DNA of 64,000 bases, from the NCBI GenBank assembly GCA_965644265.1, contig OZ286468.1:28582001-28646000 (forward strand), given 5' to 3'. Positions 49,435 through 62,303 of this stretch are shown one piece after another; within the stretch, counting starts at the first letter, position 1; the number at the start of each line of letters is the position of its first letter. Both the position numbers and the translations under genes were made by a program. A model generated the notes under the pieces. It was not told the DNA's origin. It did no database searches and saw only the letters and a list, made by a program, of their open reading frames with translations. The DNA comes from Glycera tridactyla. Its lineage: Eukaryota.

Positions 49435-49950
49435 CACGCTAGTTATTGGCATTTGTGAAAAAGCACCCATGGCGAGGGATACACTGTCTGTGACAGCTTT
49501 ATGTTAGTGTTGAATTGTTGGAATCCATTTGATTTGATTCCACTTTTGAAGGAGTGAACTCATTGATGAATCTAATACATGTATTCGACAAGAAAGATCT
49601 CCCAGTCCTTTTTTTCTCAAATATCTCTGCTACTCATCCTAAGCCATGTCATCAAATCTGTCTTAGTCGAGATTTATTGGCTTAATATTTATCATAATTG
49701 ATCAATCAATAGAAATAATTTCTGATTAATCAATTCCTTAATTTTGATAAACCAATCCTGAAACAGTTGTTCACGTTGTAGAGTTGTACTGATATTGGTG
49801 AATAGATTCTAACCAAAGTGCCCCCTGCCAAATCACCACTTTGTGTTTATAGCTTTGAAGCTCAAAACAAAAATTACAGGAAATCGCATTCATGCTTGCA
49901 TGGTTGTTGTAAAAGGCATTTCTGTTGATGAAAATTGAGTTTTCATAAGA

Positions 49951-50211
49951 TAAGGATGTGATTGTTCTGCGGATCCGCAGATTTCCGTGTTTTTTTTCCT
50001 ATCGATAACAGTCCATGCACATAATAGCAAAAGAGCATTCTCTGCTGATTATTTTGGCTTTTAGATCATGAAAATCGGACCAGTATTAGTGGAGATAGAG
50101 TGCAATATTTGTATGGAGTTTTATTAGCTTTCAGTCACCAGTTGTTTGAATTTGTTGAACGACTTGTTATAGGAGCTCTCGGTCAGGTTTTCAGTGTCAA
50201 TCGCATCCCTG
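49951..50211. mobile_element. hAT-like family D with perfect 6-bp TSD
   Basis: TSD ATAAGA on both sides. Confidence 0.85.
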
Positions 50212-52678
50212 ATAAGAATATGAAGTGATGGACTTCGTTGAAAAGACATCATGTGGTTTACTAGACCTGAATGTCAGCCTCTAGCTAGAGGCATGAAAGT
50301 TAAGACAATTTCACTAGCGGTCATTCGTGGGAAATGAGACCTGGACTGGGTCAGAAGTACAGTGAACCCTGCAACAAGAGACTACCAATGTTGGGAAGCT
50401 GCTCCTGTCAGGTAGCATTCTTATTTGATACAGTGAAACCTGTGACGAGAGACCGCCCTAAATGTCACCAAAAAGCGGTCTTCCGTCAGAGGTGGTCTTA
50501 TCCGGAGGATTCTTGTTGCACGTTTCACTGTATGAAGTATTTGTGGACATTTTTGTGGTGTTTAAGGTTAAGAAAGTGAAGTGATTGATACAATTAGTGT
50601 GATGAAGGTAGAGTGGCGAGGTTAATGAAGGCGATGTCACGCTGGTTTAGTAAGATTGGGCGGGTGATGGGTGGGGATGGGTGGGGGTGGGTGAGGATGG
50701 TGTGAAAAGTGGACTACATGTGAGAGTAAGGAGACATCATGGTGAATGATGGTGATTGGAAGACCTGTGAGGTGGACACCCTAGATGCCTGATGNNNNNN
50801 NNNNNNNNNNNNNNNNNNNNNNNNNNNNNNNNNNNNNNNNNNNNNNNNNNNNNNNNNNNNNNNNNNNNNNNNNNNNNNNNNNNNNNNNNNNNNNNNNNNN
50901 NNNNNNNNNNNNNNNNNNNNNNNNNNNNNNNNNNNNNNNNNNNNNNNNNNNNNNNNNNNNNNNNNNNNNNNNNNNNNNNNNNNNNNNNNNNNNNNNNAAA
51001 AATGTGTGTGAATGTGAGTGCCAGGTTTCGTGATACATTGACTCCTGGGTGAAAGCTGCCAGTGCTCTGGCTTAACTGCATCCATAGTGAATCCATTTTA
51101 GTGGATCCTCCGTGGTGTAGAGGACAAGAGCGCTGGCAGTTTGTTGCTGGCGAGGGTGCCAAATTGGAAGGTTGATGGTTCAAATCCCATACAAGCCAAA
51201 AATAATTTGGGCGTTTGGAACACATTTCATGGACCTGTTGCCAGTACAATCTGGAAATATGTTTTTGACATGATTTCTATCAGTAAAAAAAAATGTGTGT
51301 GTGTGTGTGTGTTTGGTTTGGTGGATGTTTGATTTCATTTCCTGTATCAATTCAGAGAAATACGTCTGCTATCTGTTCCTCGTCAATGAAAGCTGGATGT
51401 TCTGTCCTCTGCAATCCTCACTTTCACAAACCCTGAACACACGATGAGCAACCAGAAAGGTTGTCAAGTGGAAGTAACTGACACTTCAGTAGTTCAGATA
51501 GACCTCTAACTACCTTGCCTGAACATAATGAACTTAAAGATGGCATATCATTCAACCCCACATCTAAAGCTATTGAGAAAAATAGCAGGGATGATGCTAC
51601 ACCCAGATCACATCATACCCGATGGTAACAATCGATGGTAACAATCGAATGTCCCAAGCGCCATACCCATTGGCCACCCAGGACTCCCACAACACCCACT
51701 GTGGTCGTGGGGTGTATGGGTGTGTCCACATGTTTGTGTGTGTATAATCGTGTGTATGATCAGTGTGCACGCACGCATGCATGTAAATCGGGTGTTTCTA
51801 TTATGTGAAAGACCTTGGATAGCCATGATCGCTGAGGTAACTAAGATTCTGAAGGGCATCATAGCAACTGGTGGCAGTATCCAGCATGTTAGTGGCAAAC
51901 CTGGTATTGGCACATTATGATCGTAGTTTGTCATATTGCCACTAGGTGTTCTCTACTTCAGCTGCTTCTCTCTGCTCCATGAAAGCACCTGCCTTCACTC
52001 TCTGTCATGTATCAAATGACTCCAAGCAGGGCTAGTGTTTGATTGATTGATTGGTTGAGCCAGCACTAATCATTCCTGAATTGAACCCAGATCACATGAG
52101 ACTGAGCAAAATTGAGCATTTTTTCACTGAAACATGGATTCTAGATCAATCCCTGGGCTGAAAAAATGCCTCTCAGTGGATTGGAATATGCAGGCAAAAC
52201 GACATGTTTATAAATACATATTATTTATGATCATATCCCCCAGGCCCACCATGATAATCCCCCCCCCCCCCCCCCCCCGGTCCAAGAATATTATTCAAAT
52301 ATCAACTGAGTCAGAAAGGATATCAGTGAAATACCAGGATGGGCTTTGGGACCTTTATTATCTGCCGTCCCTCCGCTTGAGAGACCATCTCTTCTTGAAT
52401 GCCACCTGAGCTGCATCCACAATAGTATTTTCTATGGTAAACATCCTCTCTGCAAAACCACCTATTGATGGAGAAAACTTCTCAATGTGACCGAAGATTG
52501 CCATATCTAGATTTAACTTTATGTTCAACACATGAGGGACTTGTAAAATGTTATCTATTACATACAGTGACGCAATTCCCCAGAAAATGTTCAGAATTCT
52601 GAAAGCTGAATTGAAAATTGAAATCAAGATGCTGCAATCAGGCTAGAAGTTTGAGGACACATATTTTCAAGCATTATG

Positions 52679-52818
52679 CAGTCGAACCTGTCACATCAAA
52701 AAGCGGTCTTTATAGGCAAGTGGTCTTTATAAAGAGGTCATTCACTGTTGAAAATACTACCACGGTCGCAGCTCAGGTGGTTTTTATAGAGAGGTGGTCT
52801 TTAGAGCAGGTTCGACTG
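52679..52818 (-). mobile_element. MITE family A
   Basis: TIRs present; small internal deletion. Confidence 0.85.
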
Positions 52819-53689
52819 TGTTCAGAAAATCTGCCCATATTGCAGACACGCAAACCACTATGATTTTGGAGTAGCAATGATTCTTTTTAGGCTAATATTC
52901 TTTTACAAATGATGATACTTTGCAAAATCAGGATTGTTCTCGTCATTCCATTGCAAATACTAGCACTGGTACTCTCTGAAATTGGCACTGTTCCTCTTTT
53001 TGCCCTTCAAAGGTTGGTATCTATGATATTATCAAAAATCCATGTCATTAGCATCACTGCATGTAAGTGATGCTGACAGGCAGATTCCACTTCAGATGAG
53101 AACCAGGATTTTTTTGGGAATGCCGTATCACAAGGGTTTTTACCCATTGCAATTTAGCTGAGCTCACTAACATGGAAGTAATTTTTGTAGCAAGTTCAAT
53201 TTCAAGCTGCCTCGAGCTCTACTCAAGGAAATTACTTGACAAGTTTTTGTTGTCTTCGTCGGAAACTTCGTCAGGTAGAAATTAATGGATCAGGTGAAGC
53301 TGATATTAGAGTTGGAAATTGGTCACATTCTCCTGACTGCCGATCAATTCTTTTGCATCTATTTTCTCAGAAAATGAATAGATTTACTGATTTCTTTCAC
53401 AACAATATCAACAATGATATTTGTTGGTGATCCAATATGATATTCTATCGAATGTCATGGAATAAGAGAGTGAAAATTGATCACAAGGGAGGAAGCTCAG
53501 CTGATCAAAGTGTCCTTTTCATACGAAGCAACATTCAAACTCCCATGAATATGGTTTTCAATGGATTCATGATAGAAGTATGGCAAAATATGTGTTTTTA
53601 TTCGGTGATTTCACCGAAACACTGCGCAGGGTTTGAAATTTTAAAGTCCACGGAACCCAACCTGGTATTTCGCAGATGACCTTGCCAGC

Positions 53690-55700
53690 GCAGATGACCT
53701 TGCCCGCCTTGGTTTGGCTGTTTATTGTCCTGCTGGTATCATCAGGATGCTGAATGAGCATGGTATAATCCCTTTTTCCGGACACACTCAATTCGTTCTG
53801 GGGGAAGAGGAAATCAACATCTGACATTCTTAAACTAGGGGATGTAACAGACAAAGATATTATAGCTGATAAACTGAATGTATTTTTTAGTCAAATTGGT
53901 GAAAAATTAAGCTCACAAATTCCTACAGATGATGCAGACCCCTTGGACAACTTCCCCTACGAATTGAATGATACGTTACACTTAAAGATAGTAGAACCAG
54001 CAGATATCGGCAAAATTATTGAAAGTCTTTCTATAAATAAATCAGGGAGAGATGACGGGATCCCCACAAAGGTAATCAAAAATTGTGTCCAAGAAATCTC
54101 GCCTTTATTGAGTCATATTTACAATAGAAGCATTATCAGTGGTGAGTTCCCGACTTTGTGGAAATCTGCAACAATTATCCCATTGTATAAAGAAGGGCAG
54201 CGTAACCTGGAGTCTAATTATCGTCCGATTAGTCTGTTATGTACGCTTAGCAAGGTTTTGGAAAGAATTGTCCATAAACAGATGTCTTCTTATTTTGAAA
54301 GGCTTGGTCTGCTGTGCCGGGAGCAATCAGGGTTCAGGGAGGGGTGCTCCACTGGCACATGTCTGCTTGAATTCCTGGATAAGATTTACTTAAATATAGA
54401 AAATGGCACAACTAGTGGGGTCCTCTTCCTGGACCTAAAGAAGGCTTTCGACACGGTAGACCATGCCCTTCTTCTCAGAAAGCTTGATATGTATGGTGCT
54501 GACCAAACTTGTATTAATTGGTGTGATAGCTATTTATCGAATCGTAAATGCCAGGTGAGGGTGAATGGTGTCACTTCCGGTGAGAGGTCGATCGGGTGTG
54601 GAGTCCCACAGGGATCCATACTGGGCCCCCTATTGTTTTCTATATATGTTAACGATCTCCCTAGATGTATGGGGGGGCTCAGTATGAGTCTCTATGCGGA
54701 TGACACTGCTATCATTGTATCGGATAAATCACCTGTTGTCTTGGAAAGGAAATTGAATGAAGCTCTTCAGAATGTCAGTACATGGATGGATAGGAACAAG
54801 CTAAGTTTGAACCTCAATAAAACGCATACAATGGTCTTTGGTACACGCCAACAGGCTCGTAAATGTAGTTTTAATGTATCCCTTCGTGGCCAGTCAGTCA
54901 CCCAAGTCGAATCTTTTAAATACTTGGGGATCATACTGGACTGTTCACTGAGCTATACTGAACATGCTGAGAGCATTAGAAAAAGGACGATGGCCAGGGT
55001 TGGGGTCCTTGGGAGAGTCAGGGGGGTGCTCAGTCTGAGCACAAGCCTGATGCTCTATAGGACCCTAATACTACCTATTTTTGACTACTGTGACATTGTA
55101 TACGACAATCTAAGTATGGCAGATGCTAGTAAATTACAACGGGTCCAGAATAAGGCGTTTAGAATCATAACAAAATCCGAACCCATGACCCGAACAAGGA
55201 CAAATCATGAAATTCTGAAGATGCCATACTTGGATTGTCGTAGAGAATGTCACACTCTTATTCACACAAATAAGATCCTGACTTCGACCATTCACCCACA
55301 GTATACACCACTCTGTACCTTTCTTAATGTTCAGCACGATTATGGTACCAGGATGAGAGAGAAGCCAATGCTCGAAATGAATCAACCTAGACTGAAACTA
55401 GTTGAGGGCTCATTCCGGTTTAGAAGCGCAAATACTTGGAATCGGTATGTAAATATGTATGACAACTTTGGTAGTGATACGAAATCCAGCTTCAAAGAGA
55501 AACTGAAAGGTTTTATAAATGTAGATGGTTTCTAGAAATTGTAGTAATGTGCAGACTGACTTATGGTGTTATGTTTCAATGATACCTGGTTTTTGCTACT
55601 CTGGCCCCTGCTAATATACAATATTATATAACCTTAGTTACTGTATTACTGTACTGTTTAAAAATAATCTTGAAATTCGTGATAGTATCTACTCTGGCAT
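53690..55700 (+). mobile_element. 5'-truncated CR1-group LINE insertion
   Basis: Contains the RT ORF. The region upstream of 53768 has frameshifted linker-like sequence and no recognisable APE endonuclease. Boundaries are approximate and no TSD was identified. Confidence 0.8.
53943..55535 (+). CDS. LINE ORF2 reverse transcriptase plus C-terminal region (CR1 group: CR1/L2/Crack-like), endonuclease domain absent
   Basis: 530-aa open frame with ordered non-LTR RT motifs: WKSATIIPLYK, NYRPISLL..LSKVLERIV, QSGFR, LDLKKAFDTVDH, GVPQGSILGPLLF..YVNDL, YADDT, KYLGI, LQRVQNKAFRII. The frame stays open upstream to about 53768. Confidence 0.95.
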   Translation: MDNFPYELNDTLHLKIVEPADIGKIIESLSINKSGRDDGIPTKVIKNCVQEISPLLSHIYNRSIISGEFPTLWKSATIIPLYKEGQRNLESNYRPISLLCTLSKVLERIVHKQMSSYFERLGLLCREQSGFREGCSTGTCLLEFLDKIYLNIENGTTSGVLFLDLKKAFDTVDHALLLRKLDMYGADQTCINWCDSYLSNRKCQVRVNGVTSGERSIGCGVPQGSILGPLLFSIYVNDLPRCMGGLSMSLYADDTAIIVSDKSPVVLERKLNEALQNVSTWMDRNKLSLNLNKTHTMVFGTRQQARKCSFNVSLRGQSVTQVESFKYLGIILDCSLSYTEHAESIRKRTMARVGVLGRVRGVLSLSTSLMLYRTLILPIFDYCDIVYDNLSMADASKLQRVQNKAFRIITKSEPMTRTRTNHEILKMPYLDCRRECHTLIHTNKILTSTIHPQYTPLCTFLNVQHDYGTRMREKPMLEMNQPRLKLVEGSFRFRSANTWNRYVNMYDNFGSDTKSSFKEKLKGFINVDGF

Positions 55701-56038
55701 CTTTCATCCATATCCTTTACGTGACTTAATCAGTTTTCATTATTACTGTGTTTTTCTTTTCATGTTTATTATATTACATAGACCGTAGCATAATTGATTA
55801 TATAAATGAAGAAAGTTCTCCTCAGAATGAGTTATAATTGAGTAATCATGATTGTTGTGTTTCGAGTGTACTTCGTCGACATTGGAACGCTCCAGTGCAG
55901 GAGCTCTGTTTGTTGTATATTTTGTACAAATGACGAAGAAAAATAAAGAATCAAACAAAGTCCATTCGAGTAAGAATTCATTGTGTGTATTGAAGCACCT
56001 GATGACGATTTTGTACCACCTATTTGCCAAATAATATA

Positions 56039-56195
56039 CAATGAAACCTGTGACATCTAACGAGAACCACCTCTGACGAGAGACCACTTTCCAAGGGCAG
56101 CTTTCTCATTTGACTATGTCAAATACGCCTCCAATGAGAGACCACCTCTTTTGAGAGACCGCATTTTGGTGACATTCAGGATCGTCTCTTGTCAG
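56039..56195 (+). mobile_element. MITE family B, degenerate right end
   Basis: Colinear with the family B consensus. Confidence 0.8.
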
Positions 56196-56756
56196 AGTTG
56201 TTGAATCAGAAGCCTAGAGGTATTTTGGAGACAGATTTGAGTCATAAACAGTCTATCAATCTAAACCTGACAGAACTCTCAACTGATGTCAACTTTTTTC
56301 GGAAGTATGTAAATGACCTGTTGCCCTGTGAACATGCATCTGGCGATCACATTGTTGACGAGTCCAGACCACCCAGTGTGATTCGGCCCTGAGCGAATCG
56401 CAATCCGTACATGATTGTTGCGCAGAATTCACTCACATCCCCCCTCCCCACCTTGAACAAACTTTTACACTTCATAAAACATGGATAACAATCAAAACAT
56501 CATGAATGTCCAGTAGATACCGCCTGAAGGAAGGTTATCACGCTTCATGTATTTGGACAATCGGTGTTGTCAATTCTCGGGGCAGTATATTAATTGATGT
56601 GCATGGATGAAGGATCAGAGTTTGTGTTGGAATTTTTTCTGCTCCTCAGTTGTACATACAGAATAATAGGGCAGCATATTGGCCTTGTTTTACTTTCACG
56701 GGCCTCATATATATTTTATTTCAAATCTATGCTGAGTTTCTTGAAGCTTCTAGGTA

Positions 56757-56917
56757 CAGTCAAACCTCTCTATAAAGACCGCCTCTGTTTGCATAAAAAA
56801 GTGGCCTTTATTGGGAGGTGGTCTTTATAGAGAGGTTATTTACTGTAGAAAATACTACCATGGTCGTAGCTCAGGGTGGTCTTTATAGGGAGGTGGTCTT
56901 TAAAGGAGGTTTGACTG
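56757..56917 (-). mobile_element. MITE family A
   Basis: TIRs and TA flanks. Confidence 0.9.
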
Positions 56918-58450
56918 TAGATGTACATTGGTTGTTCTTTATACCCTGCCAATCGGGTCACTATACATACATTGAATTGACGTATAATAATTCTATCTTG
57001 ACAATTGGGGTGATCAAAAATGGAGAGGGTCAAGATCGTGAGCTTAGGTCGAGGTATCTTTGTGAGTTGATATGATGGATCCTGACAAAGATGCGGAGAT
57101 GCATCCGTGGGGAATCCATCATCGCCTTCCGGAGGCTGTCATCACTTTGTTCATGTAGAGAGATCGCCCACAATTGTATAGTCCTTTTCATCCACTTATG
57201 GTGACCACAGTCAAACCTGCCATAAGTATGTGCTCTCACATGTTATAACTGAAATGACATAATGGATGTTTGCAAATTTCATTATTATCCACCTTCCAAT
57301 GGAGAACTTCTGTCTTTTTCAAGTCTTGTATCGAGGCTACATTTAGGTGCTGACCTTAAAAAAATTAAAAAAATTGAAAAGGTGCTGACCAGAGTTGAAA
57401 TAATTTTGTGATGTCTTACTCACAGATATGAGCTTGGAGAAACTATATGTTTGTGGGAGATGAACATATATCACAATCAGATCACAGAAGATTTGCCAGA
57501 AGCTTAGCTTTAGAATAAATTGGATGGTGGGCGTTGTACAGAAAGTTGATCACGCACATTGGATCTTGGTCTTATAAAGCAAAAATGAGAAGGTCTTCCA
57601 TGGAGACTATGCTGCCACTTCTGTTGCTGCTGCCACTACAACTACTGTTACTTCTTCTTTCTTTCTTCTTTTTCTCCTCCTCCTCCAGTCCAGGGCGGTC
57701 TTTATAGTTAGGTGTTCTTTATAGAGAGGTGGTATTTAGAGGAGGTTCGACTGTATTTCACCAAGTGAATAACTTCTCAATAGTGGCCANNNNNNNNNNN
57801 NNNNNNNNNNNNNNNNNNNNNNNNNNNNNNNNNNNNNNNNNNNNNNNNNNNNNNNNNNNNNNNNNNNNNNNNNNNNNNNNNNNNNNNNNNNNNNNNNNNN
57901 NNNNNNNNNNNNNNNNNNNNNNNNNNNCCTTCTCCACTTCCTCCTTCTCCTTCTCCTTCACCCCTCCTGCTCCTGCTCCNNNNNNNNNNNNNNNNNNNNN
58001 NNNNNNNNNNNNNNNNNNNNNNNNNNNNNNNNNNNNNNNNNNNNNNNNNNNNNNNNNNNNNNNNNNNNNNNNNNNNNNNNNNNNNNNNNNNNNNNNNNNN
58101 NNNNNNNNNNNNNNNNNNNNNNNNNNNNNNTTTCAAGACAGCCCCCTCCCTCCCCCCCCCCCACCCTGCCCAGTAGTTTCTCTAAATTTTGTGTCTTGCC
58201 TTAATTGGGAGTAGCCCTGACAGAGTGGCTGTTGACCAGCTCAGTTTCTGTCATAACTTTGAAGAACTGGGCATCATCTTGCCTGCGGTGGCCATGACAA
58301 ATTCATGAGCTCCAGCGAGCCTGCCGTCATAGCTACACTTAAAATAGACCGGAAAAATATTCACCCATTCCAACCTTGTGTTGATTTATTTTCATCAGAA
58401 TGATGATGCATCCTGCGGACACTAACTGGCAGTTCAACACGAGTCCTGTC

Positions 58451-58674
58451 ATACATTTACAGAGTTTCACGTAGCTGTTGGCCAGATTATCTATAGGCAC
58501 AATTAATACATTTTCAGAGTTTCACATAGCTTTTGGCCAGATTATCTATAGGCACAATTAATACATTTTCAGAGTTCCACGTAGCTGTTGGCCAGATTAT
58601 CTATAGGCACAATTAATACATTTTCACAGTTTCACATAGCTGTTGGCCAGATTTTCCTTATAGGCACAATTAAT
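58451..58674. repeat. 55-bp tandem repeat, four copies
   Basis: ATACATTT at 58451, 58506, 58561 and 58616. Confidence 0.95.
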
Positions 58675-58971
58675 CCTGACGATAATTTTATGATTTGGAT
58701 ATTGATCGTGCAAGTGATGTATAAAGTGAAACCTTTGGTGAGAGACTACCCTAAATAACACTAGAAAATGATCTTACGAAACAGGTGTTCAGATAGAGAA
58801 TTGACTTGACTATGTCGAAAAAGGTAAGGACTTTGAAATGGCGGTCTCAAAATAAGTGGTCTCTTGAGAAGAGTCACTTGGCTGAGGGCTCACTGTATCC
58901 TCTGTGAAACCCAGTGATGTTTTTGGCAAGATTCACGTTATGAAAACACGAACACTTGCGCATGCGCGTGT

Positions 58972-58995
58972 GCACACTCACACACACACACACGC

Positions 58996-59049
<54 letters not shown>
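58972..59049. repeat. (CA)n microsatellite
   Basis: Directly visible. Confidence 0.95.
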
Positions 59050-59050
<1 letters not shown>

Positions 59051-59084
59051 ATGTTTAATGCTTCCATATAACTCCATCTATAAT

Positions 59085-59109
59085 TTGTAAATTTTTTTTT
59101 TAGGTGAGT
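59085..59109 (+). other. Candidate recursive splice site
   Basis: T10-AG|GTGAGT, AG at 59102-59103. Confidence 0.5.
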
Positions 59110-61020
59110 GTCATAATGTGTTTCCATGGCAACAAGTCCAGATAAGTCAATATCTTCTTTTAAATGCATATTTCAGCTTTGATTTTTTTTTCTCAGTGCT
59201 TTCAACTTGTTGCATGAATTTTCTGTGACCAATCCTCAGTACAAACTTCATTAGTTGCCCCAAATTTGAATTCAACATCATAGGTTTGTTTAAGATTGAG
59301 TGAAGAACAAAATTCAGCTCACATTTTCATATTTAGAACAGTAAAATCCCCTTGCGGATAACACTAGTGAAGCGAGACTCTCAGAATGAGGAAAGTATGT
59401 GCATTGTAAAATCTGTGACAGGGCACCAACTGATCAAGAAGACCATGTTGGGGGGGGGGGGGGGGGAGAGAGAGAGAGAGAGAGAGAGAGAACCTTTTTC
59501 GTAAAACCTGTTTTTGTTGGCATTTAGAGTGGTCTGTCATAGCAGGTTTTACTGTATTTCACCAAGTAAATAACTTCTCAATAGTGGCCACATGTCTATA
59601 AAGACCACTCATTGATGCAACTTCTTTGTATTTGTGTTCATAGGCAGGTTTGACTGCATACTGTCTCTAACCTACATTAGGAGACCTCTTTTCTATAGTA
59701 GACCAACTGCTGGTGAAGCTTTTAGTAATCTGTCATTGAATCACTTGCCAAAGTATAGATATATGTGTAAAATTTTTCTGATTCAGTCTGTATTAGATGG
59801 ATTTATAGCAATGTATTTAGTTCATTTGATCATCATATCTGTCAAAATCACCCCTGAATATCGCATCTTCCAGAATTCACCTCTTCATTCCTGATATTCT
59901 GTTCCTTATTGAATGGACAGATAGTTATGCCTATCTTTATACCTGCATGATAGAATTCACAGCTCACATGTACAGGCTGTGAAATATATGATATTTGTAT
60001 GGAGATCATCATGAATCAAAAAATATTTTTTGATTTGAGAACATCCATGTACTGCTAAGAATTACCCATGGATGTTTATATTTTGGAATGTGGAGTGACT
60101 GAAATCCATACAATTTTCAATTGAATATGGAAATTTGAAATCAAAATGAAATTTGAAAACATCAGGGTTGGTAATAGATGCAAGGGTTTGTAGTCTCAAA
60201 TTCACTTCTCTTGTTTTTTGGCTTGTGTTTTGGAACATGTTCATAGTCCAAGGATATGGGATGAATATGTCAAACTACGAAATTTTAGCGCTGGATTCAC
60301 GGCACTGGTCCAGGTGATGCCTTTGTTGAGAGGTTCTGAATGGCAACAAATGAATCGCCCACGCATACTCCATGTCAAAATATCGGTAATTCAAGAAGTG
60401 CGAATATTCTAGGTCATGTTTGAATCAGTCAGCGAATTACTTGGTGCCGCTCTGATACTATCAAAACACCGTTTCTTTTAACGATTTCTTATCATACGTG
60501 CAAAAACTCAATGTAATGTAGTCAGCTATAGTTTGTTCAGTATTATGTTTGCCTTTTTCTCCATGTTTTTCACACTGTACGATAGATCTAGATTTGGGGG
60601 GGGGGGGGGTGCATGGATTATAATTCACTGTAGTACATGATTTTCACAGAAGTGTGTGTTTACGGTATTTATTTGACGGAATTTTCTTGAGAGATATTTG
60701 AGAGTTTTGTGTGCATTCACGGAGACTTCCATGTTTGAGCTGCATAGATTGTATGAATGTATTGCTATGTACACTGGTTGCGGTATATATTCTAATTCGA
60801 TATATTTTCAAATGAGTCAAATGCCCATGCCCAAATTTGGGGTTACATATTGGCTTGAACCTGTGACCTCTGAGTAAGGCACTAATTGTCAACACCCTTA
60901 ACCACTGTGGCTACCCACCCACCTTGCACACACACACTCAAACATTCCACATTACATGTATAAGCCCATATGCATGCATGTTTTCACAAAATATGAATAT
61001 GAGAAATCTGGAAACTTATA

Positions 61021-61195
61021 CAGTGAAGCATGCAACAAGAGACCACCCTAAATGTCACCGATCTCCAATCTTACAAAACGGATGGTCTCTCGTCAAAGGT
61101 AGATTTGACTGTGTCAAATAGAAAAGGGCTTCTGAAAAGAGGTGTCTCAAAATAGATGGTCACTCCTCAGGGGTCTCTTTTTACAGGTTGTGCTG
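61021..61195 (-). mobile_element. MITE family B, degenerate
   Basis: Reverse complement of the consensus, TA flanks. Confidence 0.8.
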
Positions 61196-62066
61196 TATAA
61201 AGTTGTACCTTGTGTGATGATGTGATAAGTAAAGAGTTAATTTGCCCGGGAGAGTGGCGGTTCTAATTTACCAGACTTGAGGTTCGTAACTTACAACTGT
61301 CATGACATGTTCTCATGAGATGCTAGCTGTTGTGAGGACATTATCGCTAATTGAGGTCCCGACTGACCTTCAAACGCGTGCTGTGTCACTTCCCAACTCT
61401 CCAACATGTTCCAAAGTATTTCCGTCGATATCCATGAAGCATTGTGATCTCTAGCATTAGGAGGCAGTTGCTATGGAAATATGTGAACTGCAAGTGCTTT
61501 TGATGAATATGAGAGTGGTTATATATGAATTAAATGAACCCCTGGTTTTGATACGATGATGGAGTCATCTTGCGCGAATATCAGCCGAACATGTGTGCAA
61601 TTGTTCTATTCGCGTGGTAGCGAATCTCGATGACTGAGATATCATAATTTTTTCTGCCCGTCACTTTTTTGTTACAAAATCGAAGGCAAGCAAGATGGTT
61701 TGTCTACAAGTGAGACATTGAGTGTAATTTCCCCGGGTATACTCGTGATAGTCAACCCAAGAGATATAAACGTAAGTTGAAATATGTGCACTGGATTGTG
61801 GTGAACACCTTGTACTTTCTGATTTTATTGTTGACTTCTTGTATCAGTATTGCCTTGCTCCTGGCTTGTGTCAGGAAAGTTTTGGTCACCATAAACTAAC
61901 TTAGTGGAAATGACATTGTTCTTCCAAGCCGATCCATGAAGAATACGAAATTTGCTTACTTTGGAAAGACTTAGGAGTCTTGAACACGTGATGTTACATG
62001 CGACCCCGGATCGCATGTAACAAAGTAAGCAAATTTCATATCCTTCATAAAGTAACTTCATCATGT

Positions 62067-62303
62067 CAGGGATGTGATTGAAGATGCAGCGAGCCATGCT
62101 TAGATTGGAGAGGAACATTTTATGCTGATCGTTTAGACTTTTAGATCATGAAAATCAGACCAGAATCAGTGGAGATAGAGTTTGAACTAAGATATTAGCC
62201 ATAAGTCAGTTAGCCGTTGGATTTGTTGCTCCACAAAATCTTGATGAAAACTGTCCCCAGCCAGGTTCTCAGAGTTTTTGGTTGTGAGTCAAGTGATATT
62301 TTG
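62067..62303. mobile_element. hAT-like family D, degenerate
   Basis: Left TIR plus the TTTTAGATCATGAAAATC core. Confidence 0.7.

Noticed and set aside
51355-51475. Acceptor/donor-bounded segment as a coding exon
   Set aside because: Stop codons in all three frames.
21933-58130. ORFs spanning the nine N runs
   Set aside because: Artefacts of reading through gaps; the gaps (about 140-230 nt) mostly adjoin low-complexity DNA.
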